A stretch of DNA of 14,607 bases from Candidatus Iainarchaeum sp. Lineage in GTDB: Archaea > Iainarchaeota > Iainarchaeia > Iainarchaeales > GCA-2688035. Of the stretch, positions 13,115 through 14,607 are shown in pieces (positions within the stretch are counted from its first letter, which is position 1; each line of letters starts with the position of its first letter). The notes under the pieces are model-generated. The model ran no database searches. It was not told the DNA's origin and saw only the letters and a list, made by a program, of their open reading frames with translations. The stretch spans positions 1 to 14,607 of the forward strand of contig JAQTNI010000034.1 of the NCBI GenBank assembly GCA_028713935.1, in the 5' to 3' direction. The position numbers and the translations under genes were made by a program.

Positions 13115-14185
13115 TCAGATTTTTCTTTCAATTAAGTAATCCGCAAATTCTTTTAGTGTTTTTTTTGCATTGCTTTCTTTCAGGACAGGGCTTAGTTTTT
13201 TCCATGCGTTTTTTACAAGGGTTTTTGCTTTTTCCTTTGCATACTCAATTGAGCCATTTTTTTTGATTATTCCAATTGCCTCGTTAATCACTGCCTGTTC
13301 TGTTGGATGCGAATTTAAAATTTCAATCAACCTATTTCCATCGGCCTGGCCTGAATTTTTCAATGCGTGCAGCACCATTATTGTCCTTTTTCCCTCGTGA
13401 ATGTCTTCCCCGATTCCTTTTCCTTTCTGGAATTCCTCGCCAACAAGGTTCAGGACATCGTCCTGTATCTGGAAAGCAACGCCGATTGTTTCGCCGAATT
13501 TTCCCAGTGCCTTTTCCTGTTTTTCATTTGCATTTCCAAGTATTGCCCCGAGCTTTGCGGAGAATCTTGTTAAAACCCCTGTTTTATAAACGCACATCTG
13601 CAGGTATTCTTCTTCGGAAATTTCAGTTTTGTTGCCCCTGTGCCACCATATATCTATTGCTTGGCCCATGCTTACCCTTATCATTTCCTGTGCATACAAA
13701 TCATAAATTTTACTGATTTGTTTTTTCTTCAGTTTATAAGGGTTTTTGTAGAGCAAAGTCAATGGAATAAAGTACATTGCAGCCCCATCATTAATGGCAA
13801 CATCAAGGCCATAAAGCAGGTGAGTGCATTTTTTTCCGCGCCTTGTTTCAGAGCAGTCCTCTGCGTCATCCTCAATCAAGGTTCCATTATGGATAATTTC
13901 TACTATCGGCGCTATTTTTAGCGCCAATTCTTTTTTTCCGCCCACAGCCTCGCATGCAAGCATTGCCAATGCAGGCCTCAGCCTTTTTCCGCCCCTATCA
14001 AGCAATTCCCAGATTGGCTCTGCAGCGCTTTTTGTCATTGTTTCCTCATCATATGCAAAATCAGCCTTGTCAAGCGCGTATTCGAGCCATTTTTTTGTTA
14101 TTTTCCTCGGAAAAACTTTTTCAATTTCCCTGTCAATCAGGGGCTGGATTTTTTTCAAGTATTCTTCTATTCCCGCCAAAATCAC
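13115..14185 (-). CDS. idsA: (E)-polyprenyl diphosphate synthase (IdsA/GGPP synthase family; product chain length uncertain)
   Basis: GGKRLRP, first Asp-rich motif DDAED (13856-13870), second motif FQIQDDVLNL, then GEDIHEGKRT. The track start at 14185 is GTG. An SD-like AAGGTG overlaps it, so the exact start is uncertain. Confidence 0.88.
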   Translation of the reverse strand: MILAGIEEYLKKIQPLIDREIEKVFPRKITKKWLEYALDKADFAYDEETMTKSAAEPIWELLDRGGKRLRPALAMLACEAVGGKKELALKIAPIVEIIHNGTLIEDDAEDCSETRRGKKCTHLLYGLDVAINDGAAMYFIPLTLLYKNPYKLKKKQISKIYDLYAQEMIRVSMGQAIDIWWHRGNKTEISEEEYLQMCVYKTGVLTRFSAKLGAILGNANEKQEKALGKFGETIGVAFQIQDDVLNLVGEEFQKGKGIGEDIHEGKRTIMVLHALKNSGQADGNRLIEILNSHPTEQAVINEAIGIIKKNGSIEYAKEKAKTLVKNAWKKLSPVLKESNAKKTLKEFADYLIERKI

Positions 14186-14191
14186 ACCTTT

Positions 14192-14607
14192 TCAACCGAA
14201 TTTGACTAATTTTGTGATTTTTCCTTTTTTAATTATAATGCCTTTCCCTGTTGGAAACCTTAACTGCCCGTCAATCACTGTTTCATATTCAGCGCAGGGG
14301 TCAAGGCAGCTTATCCTAATTTTTGAATCTGCTTTTACAATAATTGGCTTTGGTTTTTTTCCCATCACATTGTACTGCACTATTTCAAAATTGCCTTTGA
14401 AAATTTTTTTTCCGCCAGCAGAAAGCGAATGCCCAGTGCTTCCTGTTGAAGTGCATGCAATTATTCCATCAGCGGAATTTTCAGAAATTTTTTTTTCATT
14501 AAGAAAGAGCGCATATTTGATTATTGCACCGCTTTTTTTGTTCACCAAAAGAACATCGTTTAATGCAGGGGGAACTTTTTTTCCGTCAATAATTGTTCCA
14601 ATGCGCT
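14192..14607 (-). CDS. nadK: NAD+ kinase, C-terminal part (N-terminus beyond the right edge)
   Basis: NAD kinase motif STGSTGHSLSAGG. The track start at 14548 is an internal TTG. The frame stays open to the window edge, reading RIGTIIDGKKVPPALNDVLLVNKK upstream. TGA stop lies 6 nt before idsA. Confidence 0.85.
   Translation of the reverse strand, partial: RIGTIIDGKKVPPALNDVLLVNKKSGAIIKYALFLNEKKISENSADGIIACTSTGSTGHSLSAGGKKIFKGNFEIVQYNVMGKKPKPIIVKADSKIRISCLDPCAEYETVIDGQLRFPTGKGIIIKKGKITKLVKFG

Overview
AT-rich fragment, almost certainly archaeal: it has an archaeal-type DTD2 deacylase, the DUF35/thiolase/HMG-CoA synthase trio, and tightly packed genes led by Shine-Dalgarno sites. I call 17 genes, 15 on the minus strand. 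The core is an isoprenoid-precursor supercluster read right to left: NAD kinase, polyprenyl diphosphate synthase and an unknown helical protein. After an accessory block, one long string follows: GltD-like Fe-S flavoprotein, class II HMG-CoA reductase, an unknown helical protein, HMG-CoA synthase, thiolase, a LAGLIDADG endonuclease, the DUF35 scaffold protein, a GNAT-like protein, a HAD hydrolase and a mevalonate-3-kinase-like GHMP enzyme. Both edge genes (1-870 and 14192-14607, minus strand) are truncated by the window. The first is absent from the ORF track and the second is under-called. Nearly all plus-strand ORFs in the track are antisense shadows. Main second-look items: (1) two mutually similar, unassignable helical proteins, each sitting directly after an isoprenoid enzyme gene (6569-7135 and 12543-13085). 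(2) Two inverted copies of a multi-hairpin element (9993-10087 and 11100-11289) that share an exact 16-mer and bracket a two-gene module. (3) An apparently intact LAGLIDADG gene inserted between the thiolase and DUF35 genes. (4) A partner-less GltD-like oxidoreductase leading the mevalonate operon. (5) Thermoplasma-type pathway signatures. No rRNA, tRNA or CRISPR array is visible. All homology statements are by-eye motif recognition and need database confirmation.
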